From: an uncultured archaeon
GTDB lineage: Archaea; Asgardarchaeota; Heimdallarchaeia; Heimdallarchaeales; Heimdallarchaeaceae
Direction: 5' to 3'
Length of the DNA stretch: 64,000 bases
NCBI GenBank assembly: GCA_964549075.1
Contig: CAZJUB010000001.1
Location: 31,255-95,254, forward strand
Below, one piece after another: positions 63,389-64,000 of the stretch. How positions within the stretch are numbered: the first letter of the stretch is position 1; each line of letters begins with the position of its first letter. A program made the translations under genes and the position numbers. The notes under the pieces were generated by a model. The model ran no database searches, was not told where the DNA came from, and was given only the letters and a program-made list of their open reading frames with translations.

Positions 63389-64000
63389 ATGACTATCTTA
63401 ATCGTGGATGCTTTAGCAGCAAACGAAGGACGTAGAAAATTCTCTAGAGATGCTATAGGAGTAGGTCCACGATTATTAGCAGGGATTTGTGAAAAAAATA
63501 ACAGAGTTGCTAAAATAGTAAGAGTCGAAGATTTACTTGATAAAGAACATTTTTTAGATAGAATAAACTCTAAAATTTTTCTCATAAGCGCAATGTCAGT
63601 GGATAAAATAGCTGTACAAAGAGTTATTATACGGATTAAAAAGAACATTTCAAAACCAATAATAATTCTCGGAGGACCAATTGTAGCTGAACAGACAATT
63701 TTACGAGAAATTGATATATCAGCAGGAATTGTGGGAGAAGGTGAGTACATTTTAGATGGTCTTCTTAGGAACGATTTTTCTTTTGAGAACCTTGGTACTG
63801 TTCTAGATGAAAGAATCAATATCGATAAAATTAAAAATTCATTGATAATTCAAAATCGCAAATTAAGTACAGAATCTATCTTTGAGGAATTTCCTCCTTC
63901 TACAAATAAAATAACAGATTATCCAGATTATTGGTTTTCCAAAGTGTATGTTGAGATAACACGTGGTTGCTCTAATCATTTTAGAGGAGACATAGTAAAA
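63389..64000 (+). CDS. radical SAM protein with an N-terminal B12-binding-like/Rossmann-like domain (3' end outside window; absent from the ORF track)
   Basis: My own translation from the ATG at 63389 gives MTILIVDALAANEGRRKFSRDAIGVGPRLLAGICEK...PIIILGGPIVAE...GIVGEGEY...VYVEITRGCSNHFRGDIVK. It is open for 204 codons to the window end. E-I-T-R-G-C is the usual entry into the CxxxCxxC motif. Confidence 0.7.
   Translation, partial: MTILIVDALAANEGRRKFSRDAIGVGPRLLAGICEKNNRVAKIVRVEDLLDKEHFLDRINSKIFLISAMSVDKIAVQRVIIRIKKNISKPIIILGGPIVAEQTILREIDISAGIVGEGEYILDGLLRNDFSFENLGTVLDERINIDKIKNSLIIQNRKLSTESIFEEFPPSTNKITDYPDYWFSKVYVEITRGCSNHFRGDIVK

Noticed and set aside
63361-63819. 152-aa minus-strand ORF from the track
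   Set aside because: It is antisense to a much better plus-strand reading frame (radical SAM protein from 63389). The product is Ser/Ile/Leu-rich with no motif.
1-64000. CRISPR arrays, cas genes, transposases, prophage or known defence systems
   Set aside because: Reading both strands, I found no regularly spaced direct repeats and no ORF with transposase, integrase, Cas, restriction-modification or toxin-antitoxin hallmarks. A visual scan cannot exclude short degenerate repeats.

Overview
This is a densely coding, AT-rich archaeal chromosomal segment (about 30% GC by eye, not computed). It holds about 60 protein genes on both strands and one tRNA-Gly(CCC). I saw no rRNA, CRISPR array, transposase, integrase or phage genes. 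Archaeal identity rests on a family-B DNA polymerase, aSUI1/eIF1, a type-2 methionine aminopeptidase, a geranylgeranyl-reductase-family flavoprotein and oligo-T terminators.

Main gene blocks:
- a pyrimidine cluster: pyrF, a divergent HTH-phosphoribosyltransferase regulator-like gene, and pyrC-pyrK-pyrD
- a split etfBA / fixCX electron-transfer module flanked by two paralogous MFS genes
- tldD-pmbA and glpK
- a MacB/FtsX-type ABC system with two different ATPases
- glycan-modification genes: MOP flippase, sulfotransferase, hexapeptide acetyltransferase and a GT2
- three DegV paralogues
- M42 and M48 peptidases, two HAD hydrolases, and CDF/MFS transporters

Several products look eukaryote-like. 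These are a RING-type cross-brace zinc finger, a Get3/TRC40 ATPase with CxxC next to a TRAP-beta-like glycoprotein, a possible longin+roadblock protein, and a Lys/Glu-rich tail on MetAP2. Together with the base composition, they make an Asgard (Lokiarchaeia-like) origin my working inference.

Observations most worth follow-up:
- a polymerase-competent PolB that appears to lack exonuclease activity
- the Get3 / TRAP-beta-like gene pair
- the RING-finger protein
- the HTH-PRT gene with two TTGCA-N6-TGCAA palindromes in the pyr cluster
- the ABC ATPase with a roughly 400-aa unknown N-terminal domain
- a GC-enriched C/D-box-like structured element between convergent genes

All family calls come from motif reading by eye. 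No database search was possible.
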